A stretch of DNA of 64,000 nt from an uncultured Actinomycetes bacterium (GTDB lineage Bacteria > Actinomycetota > Thermoleophilia > RBG-16-64-13): positions 2,318-66,317 of the forward strand of contig CAKZRW010000025.1 of NCBI GenBank assembly GCA_937148845.1. The letters run 5' to 3'. Position numbers and translations under genes: made by a program. Shown here one piece after another: positions 44,744 through 54,722 of this stretch. The notes below the pieces were generated by a model. That model saw nothing but the letters and a program-made list of their open reading frames with translations, did not search any database and was not told where the DNA came from. The stretch's first letter is position 1; every line of letters begins with the position of its first letter.

Positions 44744-46305
44744 TCTGCCTATCCAGGGAGGAAGCGGGCCGAGCCCTGGGACTACCTCCACTGCGGGAGG
44801 GCGTCTCAGGGGTTAGCATCGACAGCCGCACCCTCCGAGCAGGAGACCTGTTTGTAGCCTTGCCCGGAGCTCGCTTCGACGGCCATGATTTTGTGGTAGC
44901 AGCGCTGCAGGCTGGCGCCTCAGGGGCCGTGGTGCGGAGTGACCGCCTGGAGGAGTTAAAGACGAAGGTGGCGAACGCCTTCGGCTGTCCACCGGCACAG
45001 GTGAACGAGGGCATGCCCGCTCCGCCAGGTACAGCCCAACCCGAGCTATATCCGGTGCCGGACACGCTCCAGGCTCTTTGGGCTCTTGCGCGGGAGGTCC
45101 GCAGAAAAGCAGGAGTCCTAGTGATCGCCGTGACGGGTAGTGTAGGCAAGACGACCACCAAGGACATCTTAGGCGCGCTGGTCGGGCGATCCCGACGAGT
45201 ACTGACGACGGCCTCTAATCAGAACAATGAAATCGGAGTCCCCCTCACGCTTCTTGCCCTCGAGACGGAGATCCAGGTCGCCGTAGCAGAGATGGGTATG
45301 CGAGGGCGCGGACAGATCGCTGCACTGGCAGCAGTCGCGGAGCCGGACATAGGGGTGATCACGAACATCCATCCAGTACACCTTGAGCTCTTGGGCGATC
45401 TCGAAAGTATTGCTGAGGCGAAGGCTGAGCTTCTGTGTGGGCTTAAGCCGGGGGGAGTGGGTGTGGTGCCGGCTGACTGTGATGTCCTGGTCCGTCCAGC
45501 GGCTCGCGCGGGTTGCCGGCTGGTGCGCTTTGTCGTGGAAGACAGGGGCGTGCCGGGCAGAGCTGGAAGGGAAGCTACAGCGCTTAGGGGCGGGACGGAC
45601 GGTGGCGCCCTGAGATGCGAGGCTGAAGTTACGGTTCGACTTGAAAACGTGGGTGCCGACCACAGGCTTGGCTTGAGGGTGAGGTGGCCCGAGGGTGAGG
45701 CTGAGGTCGAGCTGAAGGGCTTGCCCAGGTACTTGGCGGAGAATGTAGCGGCGGCGGCCGCGGCTTGTTATGCGGCAGGGTTGCCTATGAGAGAGTGCTT
45801 GGTGGGATTGGAAGACATCCAAATCGGCCGCGGCCGCGGCCAGGTCTTGTCACTGCCGGGCCTCACGGTGATCGACGACACCTATAACGCCAACCCTACT
45901 GCAGTCAAGCGAGCGCTGGAGAACCTGATCGAGTTGTGTGGGCGACGGGGTGGGAGACCGGTGGCGGTGTTGGGCGACATGCTGGAGTTGGGGCCGAAGG
46001 AACTGTCTTTCCACGCGGAAGTTGGGCGGTATGCCGCTGAGTTGGGTGTTGCGGAGTTATGGGGGGTGGGGGAGCGGTCTCGAGTGACCGTCCAGGGGTT
46101 TCTGGAAGTGCCGGGAGAAAAAAGAGCAGGACATATCGCGTCGGCTCTAGAAAACTGTAGTGTATTGGCGGCTCTGCAACCGGGAGACGTGGTGTTGGTC
46201 AAAGCTTCGCGAAGCCTGGGACTCGAGACGTTGGTCAGTGCAATCGTCCAGCGTGCCCAGCAGGGCTTCTGGAGAAGTGGTGGTGGAGAGGGCTCTCGAT
46301 CATGA
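44740..46305 (+). CDS. murF: UDP-N-acetylmuramoyl-tripeptide--D-alanyl-D-alanine ligase
   Basis: 521 aa. Mur ligase fold with AVTGSVGKTTTK. Overlaps murE by 4 nt. Contains a ~70-aa internal insertion (VEDRGVPGRAGREATALRGG...EVELKG). Confidence 0.9.
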   Translation: MICLSREEAGRALGLPPLREGVSGVSIDSRTLRAGDLFVALPGARFDGHDFVVAALQAGASGAVVRSDRLEELKTKVANAFGCPPAQVNEGMPAPPGTAQPELYPVPDTLQALWALAREVRRKAGVLVIAVTGSVGKTTTKDILGALVGRSRRVLTTASNQNNEIGVPLTLLALETEIQVAVAEMGMRGRGQIAALAAVAEPDIGVITNIHPVHLELLGDLESIAEAKAELLCGLKPGGVGVVPADCDVLVRPAARAGCRLVRFVVEDRGVPGRAGREATALRGGTDGGALRCEAEVTVRLENVGADHRLGLRVRWPEGEAEVELKGLPRYLAENVAAAAAACYAAGLPMRECLVGLEDIQIGRGRGQVLSLPGLTVIDDTYNANPTAVKRALENLIELCGRRGGRPVAVLGDMLELGPKELSFHAEVGRYAAELGVAELWGVGERSRVTVQGFLEVPGEKRAGHIASALENCSVLAALQPGDVVLVKASRSLGLETLVSAIVQRAQQGFWRSGGGEGSRS

Positions 46306-47273
46306 TCACCATCCTGGCAGCGACCCTGGTGGCTCTGGTCATCGCCATGCTTGCCGGCCCTCGCTACATTCGTTGGCTGCAGAAGAGGGGCATAGGGCAG
46401 AACATCAGAGAACTGACTCCTGAACGACATGTTGCCAAGCAGGGGACTCCGACCATGGGCGGGATCCTCATCCTGGTAGCGGCCATCATCCCCTACCTCA
46501 TTTTCGGGAACCGCTCTTGGCCTAGCCTCATCGTGATCCTGCTCGGCTATGGCTCTGCAGCGATTGGGTTGGCAGACGACCTTATCTCGAAATGGCGGCG
46601 GCGCTCCCTGGGTCTCAACGCACGAGCAAAACTGCTCATGCAGGCGGTGCTGGTGGTGGTCGGGGTCTTTCTCGGCCTGCGCTATGCAGGGGTCGATACG
46701 CGCCTCGGGGTTCCTCTAGTCCGTGGCATGCTGGACATCGGTTGGGCGTACTACGTGTTTGCCTTCTTTCTCATTGCCGGCTTCTCCAATGCTGTCAACC
46801 TGACTGACGGCCTCGATGGACTGGCTGCGGGCAGCGCGGCGGTAGCTTTGTTCGCCTACGCCGGTATCGCGTTCTTGCGGGGCCAGACCGACTTGGCCAT
46901 CCTGGGGTCTTGTCTAACCGGGGCCTGCGTGGGTTTCCTCTGGTATAACTCGCATCCTGCGGCGGTCTTCATGGGGGATACAGGCTCCTTGGCGCTGGGT
47001 GCAGCCCTGGCGGGCATGGCGATGGCGACGGGCATGGAGGTCCTGTTGCTACTCATCGGCGGCCTGTTCGTGGTAGAGGCGATCAGCGTCATGATCCAAG
47101 TCTTCAGTTTTCGTGTGTTCCACCGGCGGGTCTTTCTGATGACCCCGATACATCATCACTTCGAACTGCGCGGCTGGTCAGAGACCAAGATCATCGTCCG
47201 CTTCTGGATCATTGCTGCCATCCTGGCTGGGGCTGGCTTCACACTGTACTACCTGCGCAACATGACCTTGTGA
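46302..47273 (+). CDS. mraY: phospho-N-acetylmuramoyl-pentapeptide transferase
   Basis: 323 aa polytopic membrane protein. NAVNLTDGLDGLA and FMGDTGS motifs. Confidence 0.95.
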   Translation: MITILAATLVALVIAMLAGPRYIRWLQKRGIGQNIRELTPERHVAKQGTPTMGGILILVAAIIPYLIFGNRSWPSLIVILLGYGSAAIGLADDLISKWRRRSLGLNARAKLLMQAVLVVVGVFLGLRYAGVDTRLGVPLVRGMLDIGWAYYVFAFFLIAGFSNAVNLTDGLDGLAAGSAAVALFAYAGIAFLRGQTDLAILGSCLTGACVGFLWYNSHPAAVFMGDTGSLALGAALAGMAMATGMEVLLLLIGGLFVVEAISVMIQVFSFRVFHRRVFLMTPIHHHFELRGWSETKIIVRFWIIAAILAGAGFTLYYLRNMTL

Positions 47274-47342
47274 TGGCACTGTGGACACAGTGAGAAGACC
47301 GCGGACCAGGCTGAGGGCAAGGAGCAGAGGAGTGCTCGGACT

Positions 47343-48920
47343 ATGACCGGATTGAACGGAACCCAGAAAAGAGTGGCTGGTCCAGCTATCAAGCCGGAGG
47401 TATCTCCTCTTGTCTTGACCCCGGACTCGTCTCTGGAGGCCAGCCAGGGGCTGGCTGATGAGTTTCGACGGATACTGGTCTTGGGAGCCAGCCGGTCGGG
47501 CATCGCGGCGGCTGTTGCTCTCTGTCGGCTGGGGCGCCTGGTCACCTTGAGCGACTGCAAACCACGCGAGTCGCTTCCAGGTGTAGAAGAAGCACTAGTG
47601 GCAGGAGCCCAGTTGGTCAGGGAAGACCTGCTCGTGGAGAGTTGGCCAGGGTTCGATCTGGTCGTTAAGAGCCCTGGCGTCCCTGCAGAGGCCGCCCCTG
47701 TGCGCAAGGCGAGAGAGAAAGGCGTGCCGGTGTGGAGCGAGTTGGAGCTGGCCTACGTCCTCTTGCCCAACCCTTTCCTTGCCGTGACGGGTACCAACGG
47801 CAAGACTACCACCACGGCCTTGCTCGGCCATCTGCTTGTGACCGGCGGGGTCCCTGTACGGGTTCTGGGTAACATCGGGGTGGCCGTTACCTCGGTAGCG
47901 GGCTACGTGGGTACTGAGGAGGAGCTGGTGGTGGAGGTCTCCAGTTTTCAACTAGAGGACATCCACCGATTCCGCCCTGCAGTGGGGGTCTTTCTCAACC
48001 TGACTCCTGACCACCTGGACCGGCATGGGTCCATGGATAGGTACCTGGAGTGCAAAGCCAAGCTGTTCGCCAACCAAGGCCCTGAAGACGTGGCGGTACT
48101 GAATCTGGCCGATTGCGCCGTGGCCGGCGTTGGAAGGGATCTCGCGGCCAAGACTGGCGGCCCCCAGGTTAAGTATTTTGCCGTCGATCCTTTGGCGCTT
48201 TCGCGACGAGGTGAGAACGGGGAGACCCGGGGCAGGCGGGGCAGAGGCGGCGGCGCAGCAAAGCGGATCGCCACCAGCTTGCTCGACTCCTGGATCGAGG
48301 GGGGGCGGTTCGTGTTGGAGAGGCGGCCACTTCTTGACGTCTCCCAGATCCAGCTTCCCGGCGTCCACAACCTGGAGAATTGTCTGGCCGCAGCTACCGC
48401 GGCCTCTGCCCGGGGAGTCGAGCGCCAGGCCATCGCTGAGGGGCTCCGGACTTTCAAGGGCGTACCCCACCGCCTGGAACGGGTGGCAGTGGTCTCGGGC
48501 GTGACCTACATCAACGACAGCAAGGCGACCAACGTGGACGCGGCCTTGACGGCACTGAATGCGTTTCCCGAGCGTACCCATCTCATACTGGGCGGAAGAG
48601 ACAAGGCTTCTGACTATGGTCCGCTGGTCCGTCGCTGTGCCGCTGCCTGCAAGGGGGTCTACCTGATCGGTGAGGCCGCCCCGCTCATCACCCAGGCCTT
48701 CGCGGAGGCGAAAGGCAGCGGCGACCAGAAGGGTTGGCCTGGACTGCACCAGTGCGGAGACCTGGAACGAGCGGTCCATTTGGCGGCCTCCCTTGCCAAA
48801 CCGGGGGAGGTGGTCTTGCTAGCACCCGCATGTGCCAGCTTCGACCAATACCGCAACTACGAAGAACGGGGTGAGCATTTCCGTTCCCTGGTCCTGGCTC
48901 TGAGCAAGGAGAACACATGA
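47343..48920 (+). CDS. murD: UDP-N-acetylmuramoylalanine--D-glutamate ligase (with ~40-aa N-terminal extension)
   Basis: 525 aa. RILVLGASRSG Rossmann-like start of the conserved core, Mur ligase GTNGKTTTT. GAGGAG Shine-Dalgarno before ATG 47343. Confidence 0.85.
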   Translation: MTGLNGTQKRVAGPAIKPEVSPLVLTPDSSLEASQGLADEFRRILVLGASRSGIAAAVALCRLGRLVTLSDCKPRESLPGVEEALVAGAQLVREDLLVESWPGFDLVVKSPGVPAEAAPVRKAREKGVPVWSELELAYVLLPNPFLAVTGTNGKTTTTALLGHLLVTGGVPVRVLGNIGVAVTSVAGYVGTEEELVVEVSSFQLEDIHRFRPAVGVFLNLTPDHLDRHGSMDRYLECKAKLFANQGPEDVAVLNLADCAVAGVGRDLAAKTGGPQVKYFAVDPLALSRRGENGETRGRRGRGGGAAKRIATSLLDSWIEGGRFVLERRPLLDVSQIQLPGVHNLENCLAAATAASARGVERQAIAEGLRTFKGVPHRLERVAVVSGVTYINDSKATNVDAALTALNAFPERTHLILGGRDKASDYGPLVRRCAAACKGVYLIGEAAPLITQAFAEAKGSGDQKGWPGLHQCGDLERAVHLAASLAKPGEVVLLAPACASFDQYRNYEERGEHFRSLVLALSKENT

Positions 48921-50197
48921 CCGCCGTCACTGCCGGCAGACCCGGGCGAAGGTGCCCCGAGCCGCAAAAGACCGCCGTTTTGCTCAGGACAGCGGTCCGG
49001 TCCTCGCGCGGTGTCGGGCGGTTGCTCCTGATTTCGCTCTGGTTGCCACCGGCCCTCTTGGTAGTCTTCGGGCTTTGCATGATGCTGTCCATCTCTTTCT
49101 CGCTCACAGATGGCCCCGGCCGGTATGCTCTGCTCCGGGACCAAGCCATGGCTGTGGGGTTGGGCCTTGTTCTGCTCCTGGTCACTAGTCGCATCAGGCA
49201 CCAGCTCTGGCGCAAGCTTTCCCTACTGGCCTTCTTTGTGGTCTTCCTGTCCCTGCTTGCCGTGCATATACCAGGAGTGGGCTTGACCAAGAACGGGGCC
49301 CGGAGTTGGGTCGGCCTTGGTGATCTGACCTATCAGCCCTCAGAATTCGCCAAATTGGCCGTGATCCTTCTGGGGGCTCACCTCCTGACCAGTCCGCGAG
49401 TAGCGAAGGCGCGCTTCTCGTCGTACATATGGCCCTTCGGAGTCTTAGGTCTTGGCGTGTGTGGCTTGGTCCTCTTGGAGGGCGATCTGGGGACTGCCGT
49501 GATAATAGCGGGGCTGGTCCTCGGTCTGCTGTGGCTGGGAGGGATGCGTCTTACCCACTGGTTGCTAGTCGCGGGGGCCGGGCTAGCCGGCTTCATCGTG
49601 GCCGTAGTGACGAGCGAGGAGAGGATGAGCAGGGTGTTCGGTTTTCTCCACCCGTTTGCCGATCCCTATGGCTCTACTTTTCAGTTGGTACAGTCTTTGG
49701 TAGCTCTCGGCCGCGGTGGTCTTCTGGGGGTCGGTCCGGGCCAGAGCGTCCAGAAGTTCCAGTATCTGCCCCAGGCGCACACCGACATGATCTATGCCAT
49801 CATCGGCGAAGAGTTCGGGTTGGTGGGGACTGCCCTAATCGTGTTATTGTTCGCAGTCTTCGCGGTGGGTTGCTGGCAGCTTGCGCGCAGGTGTAGAGAG
49901 CCGATGGGCCGTCTTATCGTGGCGGGGTGTGGAATGCTTGTGGTCTCTCAGGCCATAATCAACATCGGCGGAGTGATCGGCGCGCTACCTTTGACCGGTG
50001 TCCCCCTACCGTTCGTGAGCTATGGGAGCAACAGCCTGTTGGTGATGATGACGGCCGTGGGTCTGGTCATGGCCGTGGCCAGGACGACCCCGCAAGGGGC
50101 GGTCTCCTCACGACTACCGAGGTACGAGAATGTCACTAGTCTTGATCGCTGGCGGAGGCACAGCGGGCCACGTGGTGCCCGCGCTAGCTCTCGCTGA
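48917..50197 (+). CDS. ftsW: SEDS-family peptidoglycan glycosyltransferase FtsW
   Basis: 426-aa FtsW/RodA/SpoVE family member in canonical murD-ftsW-murG position. ATGA overlap with murD. The 3' end overlaps murG by 68 nt. Confidence 0.9.
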   Translation: MTAVTAGRPGRRCPEPQKTAVLLRTAVRSSRGVGRLLLISLWLPPALLVVFGLCMMLSISFSLTDGPGRYALLRDQAMAVGLGLVLLLVTSRIRHQLWRKLSLLAFFVVFLSLLAVHIPGVGLTKNGARSWVGLGDLTYQPSEFAKLAVILLGAHLLTSPRVAKARFSSYIWPFGVLGLGVCGLVLLEGDLGTAVIIAGLVLGLLWLGGMRLTHWLLVAGAGLAGFIVAVVTSEERMSRVFGFLHPFADPYGSTFQLVQSLVALGRGGLLGVGPGQSVQKFQYLPQAHTDMIYAIIGEEFGLVGTALIVLLFAVFAVGCWQLARRCREPMGRLIVAGCGMLVVSQAIINIGGVIGALPLTGVPLPFVSYGSNSLLVMMTAVGLVMAVARTTPQGAVSSRLPRYENVTSLDRWRRHSGPRGARASSR

Positions 50198-51230
50198 TGT
50201 GCTTGTCAAGCGCGGTTTCGCCGTCGCCCTCGGCGGCACGCGAGAAGGCATGGAAGCACGTCTGGTTGTCCAATCCGGCTATGCCTTCCATCCCGTTCGC
50301 ATCCGCGGATTTGAACGTCGACTGGGGCTTGATACCCTTCGCGCCCTGGGGGTATTGCCATTGGCAGCGACGGATGCTGCACGGCTCATCAGGCGTTTGC
50401 GGCCGGCTTGCGTAGTGGGCTTTGGGGGCTATGTGGCCGGTCCCCTGGTAAGCATGGCAGCGCTGCGCGGTATTCCCACGGTGGCCGTAGAGATGGATGC
50501 TCACATGGGGTGGACCAACCAGGTGTTAAGCCGCTTGGTGGACCGGGTGTGTCTTTCTTTCCCCGATCTCGGGAAGCAGGGACCCAAATATGTGGTCACC
50601 GGGAGGCCTTTGCGCCCCGGTCTGCTGGAGGCTCGACGCGAGGAAGGCATCGCTCGTTTTAACCTCGACCCGGACAGAGCCACTCTGTTGGTCTTCGGGG
50701 GCAGTCTAGGCGCGCGAAGCGTCAATCGGGCAACGGTGGCTGCTTTCGCCAGGACAACCACGCCTTTCCAGATCCTTCATGTGACCGGTCGCCGTGACTA
50801 CGAGGAAGTCTGTCGAGCGCTGGCCGAAACAGGAAGCAATCCTCGCTACCAGGTCTTCTCTTTCCTGGATGATTTCCCCCTGGCTCTGGCGGCCGCTGAT
50901 GCGGTGGTGGCCCGGGCGGGGGGCTCGGTGGCCGAGATCTTGGCTCGCGGTCTCCCCTCGCTACTCATACCGTATCCATTTGCGACCGCAGATCACCAGA
51001 CGAAGAACGCTAAGCGGGTGGCGGAGGCGGGGGCAGCACTCACCCTGTCCGATGCCGAGCTTGACCCGCAGCGTCTGGCCGAGGCCGTCGCCTTACTCCT
51101 CGACCCTGAGGTGAATCACAAGATGCGAGAAGCTGCGCTCAGGTTGGCTCGTCCGGGTGCCGCAGACCGCATTGCCGACGTGGTAGTAGAATTGGTGGCC
51201 GCTTCTCGCGGTACTGTTGCCTCGGACTGA
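50130..51230 (+). CDS. murG: undecaprenyldiphospho-muramoylpentapeptide beta-N-acetylglucosaminyltransferase
   Basis: 366 aa. GGGTAGHVVPALALA N-terminus (GT28). Confidence 0.95.
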   Translation: MSLVLIAGGGTAGHVVPALALADVLVKRGFAVALGGTREGMEARLVVQSGYAFHPVRIRGFERRLGLDTLRALGVLPLAATDAARLIRRLRPACVVGFGGYVAGPLVSMAALRGIPTVAVEMDAHMGWTNQVLSRLVDRVCLSFPDLGKQGPKYVVTGRPLRPGLLEARREEGIARFNLDPDRATLLVFGGSLGARSVNRATVAAFARTTTPFQILHVTGRRDYEEVCRALAETGSNPRYQVFSFLDDFPLALAAADAVVARAGGSVAEILARGLPSLLIPYPFATADHQTKNAKRVAEAGAALTLSDAELDPQRLAEAVALLLDPEVNHKMREAALRLARPGAADRIADVVVELVAASRGTVASD

Positions 51231-51288
51231 CTTGCTGCCGCAGAGTGATGGCGTGATGAGGAAGGGTTGAGACTGGAATTGGGAGCGG

Positions 51289-52692
51289 ATGACTGCTTTG
51301 CGTGACACGGTCGATGGCCGAGAGACTTTCCCGGACGGGTTGCGTAGCCTGCATTTCGTGGGCATCGGGGGGGCCGGGATGAGCGGGATCGCCCTTGTGC
51401 TCCACAAGCGGGGTTTTGTGGTGACCGGCTCCGATTTGAAACCTTCTCGGTACACCACCCTCCTCGAGAACGCGGGCATACCGGTGCAGATCGGTCATAG
51501 TGCGGCCAATCTCGATTCCCCTGACGTGGTAGTGGTGTCATCCGCAATACCGCAGCAGAATGTGGAAGTCCTCGAGGCTCGTCGTCGGGGTGTCCCCGTC
51601 GTCAAACGGGCCCAGGCCTTAGCTTGGTTGGTCAGCTCCGGCCGGGGCATCGCTGTATGCGGGACTCACGGCAAGACCACCACCACCTCCATGATCAGCC
51701 GAGTCCTGGTGGAGGGAGGGTTCGACCCCACTTTTCTGGTCGGCGGGGAGCTGAACGACATGGGCTCGAACGCCCGCCATGGGGAAGGGGAGTTCGTGGT
51801 TTGCGAGGCTGACGAGTCCGACGGAAGCTTCCTGCATCTTAGACCGCAGGTTGCGGTGGTCACCAACATCGAGTTGGACCACCACAGCCACTACCTGCAT
51901 ATAGAAGATGTGGAGAGGGTCTTCGTTGCTTTCGTCCGCACTCTGCCTGCCGACGGCCTGCTGGTGACCTGCGCCGAGGATCCGAGGGCTTGTCGTCTGG
52001 CCGACTCGGCTCCGTGCCGTACGCGCACATACGGGTTCTGCCCGGAAGCGCATTATCGGGCGCAGACTGTGGGGCAGGGCCAAGACAACAGCTTCGAGAT
52101 ATGGCAAGAAGGCAGACGTCTGGCTCAGATCAGCTTGCGCGTGCCGGGTCGACACAACGTGTTGAACGCCACCGCCTGTTTTGCCGTCCTCACGGAGCTG
52201 GGGCTGAAACCCGACGTCATAGTGCCTGCCCTTGAATCGTTCACTGGAGCGGTGCGGCGCTTCCAACTCAAGGGCGAGCGAGAGGGGATAACGGTGGTCG
52301 ACGATTACGCTCACCACCCCACGGAGATCAAGGCCACGCTAGCCGCCGCGAGGGACGGCCGTTGGTCGCGCATCCTGGCGGTGTTCCAACCGCATCTCTA
52401 CTCGCGGACGGAGTACCTGCAAAATGAGTTCGCAGAGGCCCTTCTTGAGGCCGACATCGCGATCATCACCGACGTCTACGGAGCCAGAGAAGAGCCCAAG
52501 CCTGGTGTGAGCGGAAAACTCATCGTCGACGCAATGTTGAAGTTCCAACCGAGCAAGTCGGTTGTCTACTTGCCCAAGATCGGCGCCATAGTCGACTACT
52601 TGAAGGCAGAGGCGAGTCCGGGCGACCTGGTGCTTACCATAGGTGCGGGTGACATTCATCGGGCAGGGGAACGCTTCCTGGCTTCTTTCTGA
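51289..52692 (+). CDS. murC: UDP-N-acetylmuramate--L-alanine ligase
   Basis: 467 aa. HFVGIGGAGMSG N-terminus, then Mur ligase GTHGKTTTT. Confidence 0.95.
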   Translation: MTALRDTVDGRETFPDGLRSLHFVGIGGAGMSGIALVLHKRGFVVTGSDLKPSRYTTLLENAGIPVQIGHSAANLDSPDVVVVSSAIPQQNVEVLEARRRGVPVVKRAQALAWLVSSGRGIAVCGTHGKTTTTSMISRVLVEGGFDPTFLVGGELNDMGSNARHGEGEFVVCEADESDGSFLHLRPQVAVVTNIELDHHSHYLHIEDVERVFVAFVRTLPADGLLVTCAEDPRACRLADSAPCRTRTYGFCPEAHYRAQTVGQGQDNSFEIWQEGRRLAQISLRVPGRHNVLNATACFAVLTELGLKPDVIVPALESFTGAVRRFQLKGEREGITVVDDYAHHPTEIKATLAAARDGRWSRILAVFQPHLYSRTEYLQNEFAEALLEADIAIITDVYGAREEPKPGVSGKLIVDAMLKFQPSKSVVYLPKIGAIVDYLKAEASPGDLVLTIGAGDIHRAGERFLASF

Positions 52693-52706
52693 CTTCTTCC
52701 TGACGA

Positions 52707-53753
52707 TTGGAGAGGCCCGTGGATAGCTTTCTAGAGCTCCTTGAGGTGCTTCGTGGGCTTGAGGGCGTGCGGGTGTGGAAAGACGCACCCCTTGCCCCGT
52801 TCACCACCATCGCCACTGGAGGCAGGGCCAAGTTGCTGGTCACCGTAGCCACGGTGTCGTCACTAGTGCGAGTCCTGGCCGAAGTGGAAGCGCGTGGCCT
52901 CGACTGGTTCTGCCTGGGGGCCGGCTCAAACCTTCTAGTGGCGGACCAGGGTTATCGTGGGGTGGCGGTCAAGCTCGACCAGAGCTTTCAGTACCTGGAA
53001 GGACTCCCGGACGCAGGGCGCTCGACCGAGGGAACCGAGGGGACACTGGCTCGAAGCTCCGTGGTCCTCACAGTGGGAGCAGGTGCGTATCTGGCCAGGC
53101 TGGCCACCGTTGTGGCAGAAGCGGGACTCACGGGGATGGAGCATGCCTGTGGCATTCCCGGCTCAGTGGGCGGCGCGGTGGCCATGAATGCTGGCGCCTG
53201 CGGCTGGTGCATGCGGGACGTAGTGCAAGAAGTGGAGCTAGCTTCCGCGACTGGTGATGCGTGGCTGCCAGCCGAGAATCTCGAATGGGGATACCGGTTC
53301 TGTCGACTTCCAGAGCGTTCGGTGGTCACCGCGGTACGTATCCGTCTGGATCGGGCGGATCCCCGGGAGTGTCTTGCTCGTCAACGCGTCTACCTGCGGC
53401 AGAGAAGAGAGAAGCAGCCTCGCTCCGTGCGCACGTTCGGCAGCGCCTTCAAGAACCCGCCGGGTCAACACGCGGGTCGTCTGGTCGAAGCCGCCGGTCT
53501 CAAGGGATTGCGGCGAGGAGGGGCTGAGATTTCGCGGGTCCACGGGAACTTCTTGCTCAACCTAGGCGACGCAAGTACGGCGGATGTGTTGGCGTTGATG
53601 GCTATGATGCGCGAGGCTGTGGAGCGGACGAGTGGCGTAGTGCTTGAGCCGGAGGTGAGGTTGCTCGGCTGCAGGTTCCCTTGGGAGACCGGAAGTCCTG
53701 AGACGGCCACACAGCCGCACTCTGTCGGTTCCTGCCGAACCGATGATGGATGA
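52707..53753 (+). CDS. murB: UDP-N-acetylenolpyruvoylglucosamine reductase
   Basis: 348 aa. FAD-binding PCMH fold (TTIATGGRAK...GAGSNLL). Confidence 0.85.
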   Translation: MERPVDSFLELLEVLRGLEGVRVWKDAPLAPFTTIATGGRAKLLVTVATVSSLVRVLAEVEARGLDWFCLGAGSNLLVADQGYRGVAVKLDQSFQYLEGLPDAGRSTEGTEGTLARSSVVLTVGAGAYLARLATVVAEAGLTGMEHACGIPGSVGGAVAMNAGACGWCMRDVVQEVELASATGDAWLPAENLEWGYRFCRLPERSVVTAVRIRLDRADPRECLARQRVYLRQRREKQPRSVRTFGSAFKNPPGQHAGRLVEAAGLKGLRRGGAEISRVHGNFLLNLGDASTADVLALMAMMREAVERTSGVVLEPEVRLLGCRFPWETGSPETATQPHSVGSCRTDDG

Positions 53754-54537
53754 GAGACTGCGAAGACGGCGCCGGCTTGTGCGGCGGGAGCGAGGCGGCC
53801 GCGTCGCCGGTTTTATTTTTCTGGGGCTGTTCGTGGCGGCGGCCGCCGGGCTTTTTCTGTGGCTTCGCTCCTCGGACGTCTTCGCTGTGCGGGAAGTGAC
53901 GGCCACCGCTACTCAGTATGTCGATCGTCCTGACATCGCGGCCATCGTCGAGCGGGCGCGAGGAACCAGTCTATTGGCCCTGGGGACCGGGCCCTTGGAA
54001 GAAGCTCTCGAGGGCTTGCCGTATGTGCGTGAGGCCGAGATATACCGGCTTTTCCCTCACACGCTGGAGGTCCGCATAGTGGAGCGGCGGCCGTTGGCCA
54101 GGCTGGACTTGGGTCGGCAGGGTGTGTGGCTGATCGCTGACGACGGTATCTTGCTCGAGAAGGTGGCTGATTCCACGTTGGGGGAGACTGGCACTGCCGT
54201 GCTCTTGCCCCTTGTGCGAGCGGCTCATGTCATGGAGGCGCTGCCAGGGAAAGCGGCGCCTGGGCCTGTAGTGGACTCGTTGGCGGTGATCTCCTGGTTC
54301 CAGACCGTGGAGAGCAACAGCAATATTCCTCCAGTGCAGCTGCTGACTGTCCAAGCGGGGGGCGAGGTAGTGGTCGAGTTGGAAGGCGGGACTAAGATAC
54401 TGGTCGGCCTGCCTAAGGACCTCGACCAAAAGTTGAAGGTCTCGGCGGCCATTGTCGAGCAGTACTTGAGAGCGGGACGTGCGCTTGAGTACGTGGACGC
54501 GCGTGTGCCTGAGCGAGTAGCTGTCAAGGCGGAATGA
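53743..54537 (+). CDS. ftsQ: cell division protein FtsQ/DivIB (POTRA domain)
   Basis: 264 aa. Basic N-terminal tail, TM helix, POTRA (FAVREVTATATQYVDRPDIAAIV). Position before ftsZ. Confidence 0.85.
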   Translation: MMDERLRRRRRLVRRERGGRVAGFIFLGLFVAAAAGLFLWLRSSDVFAVREVTATATQYVDRPDIAAIVERARGTSLLALGTGPLEEALEGLPYVREAEIYRLFPHTLEVRIVERRPLARLDLGRQGVWLIADDGILLEKVADSTLGETGTAVLLPLVRAAHVMEALPGKAAPGPVVDSLAVISWFQTVESNSNIPPVQLLTVQAGGEVVVELEGGTKILVGLPKDLDQKLKVSAAIVEQYLRAGRALEYVDARVPERVAVKAE

Positions 54538-54722
54538 AAGTGGTATCGTGCCAGTGTGCAGGAAAATGCAGACGAAGCGCGTACTGTCGGAGAGTGACGC
54601 TTCACGGGAGTCTCCGGCCGTCATCAAGGTTGCAGAGCCGAGGTGAAGTGACGCTAGAGTTCTTTGTTGCAAGGCTGGAGTTGGAGTCCTGTGATCATTA
54701 GCGGTTTGGAGGATCAGTCACT

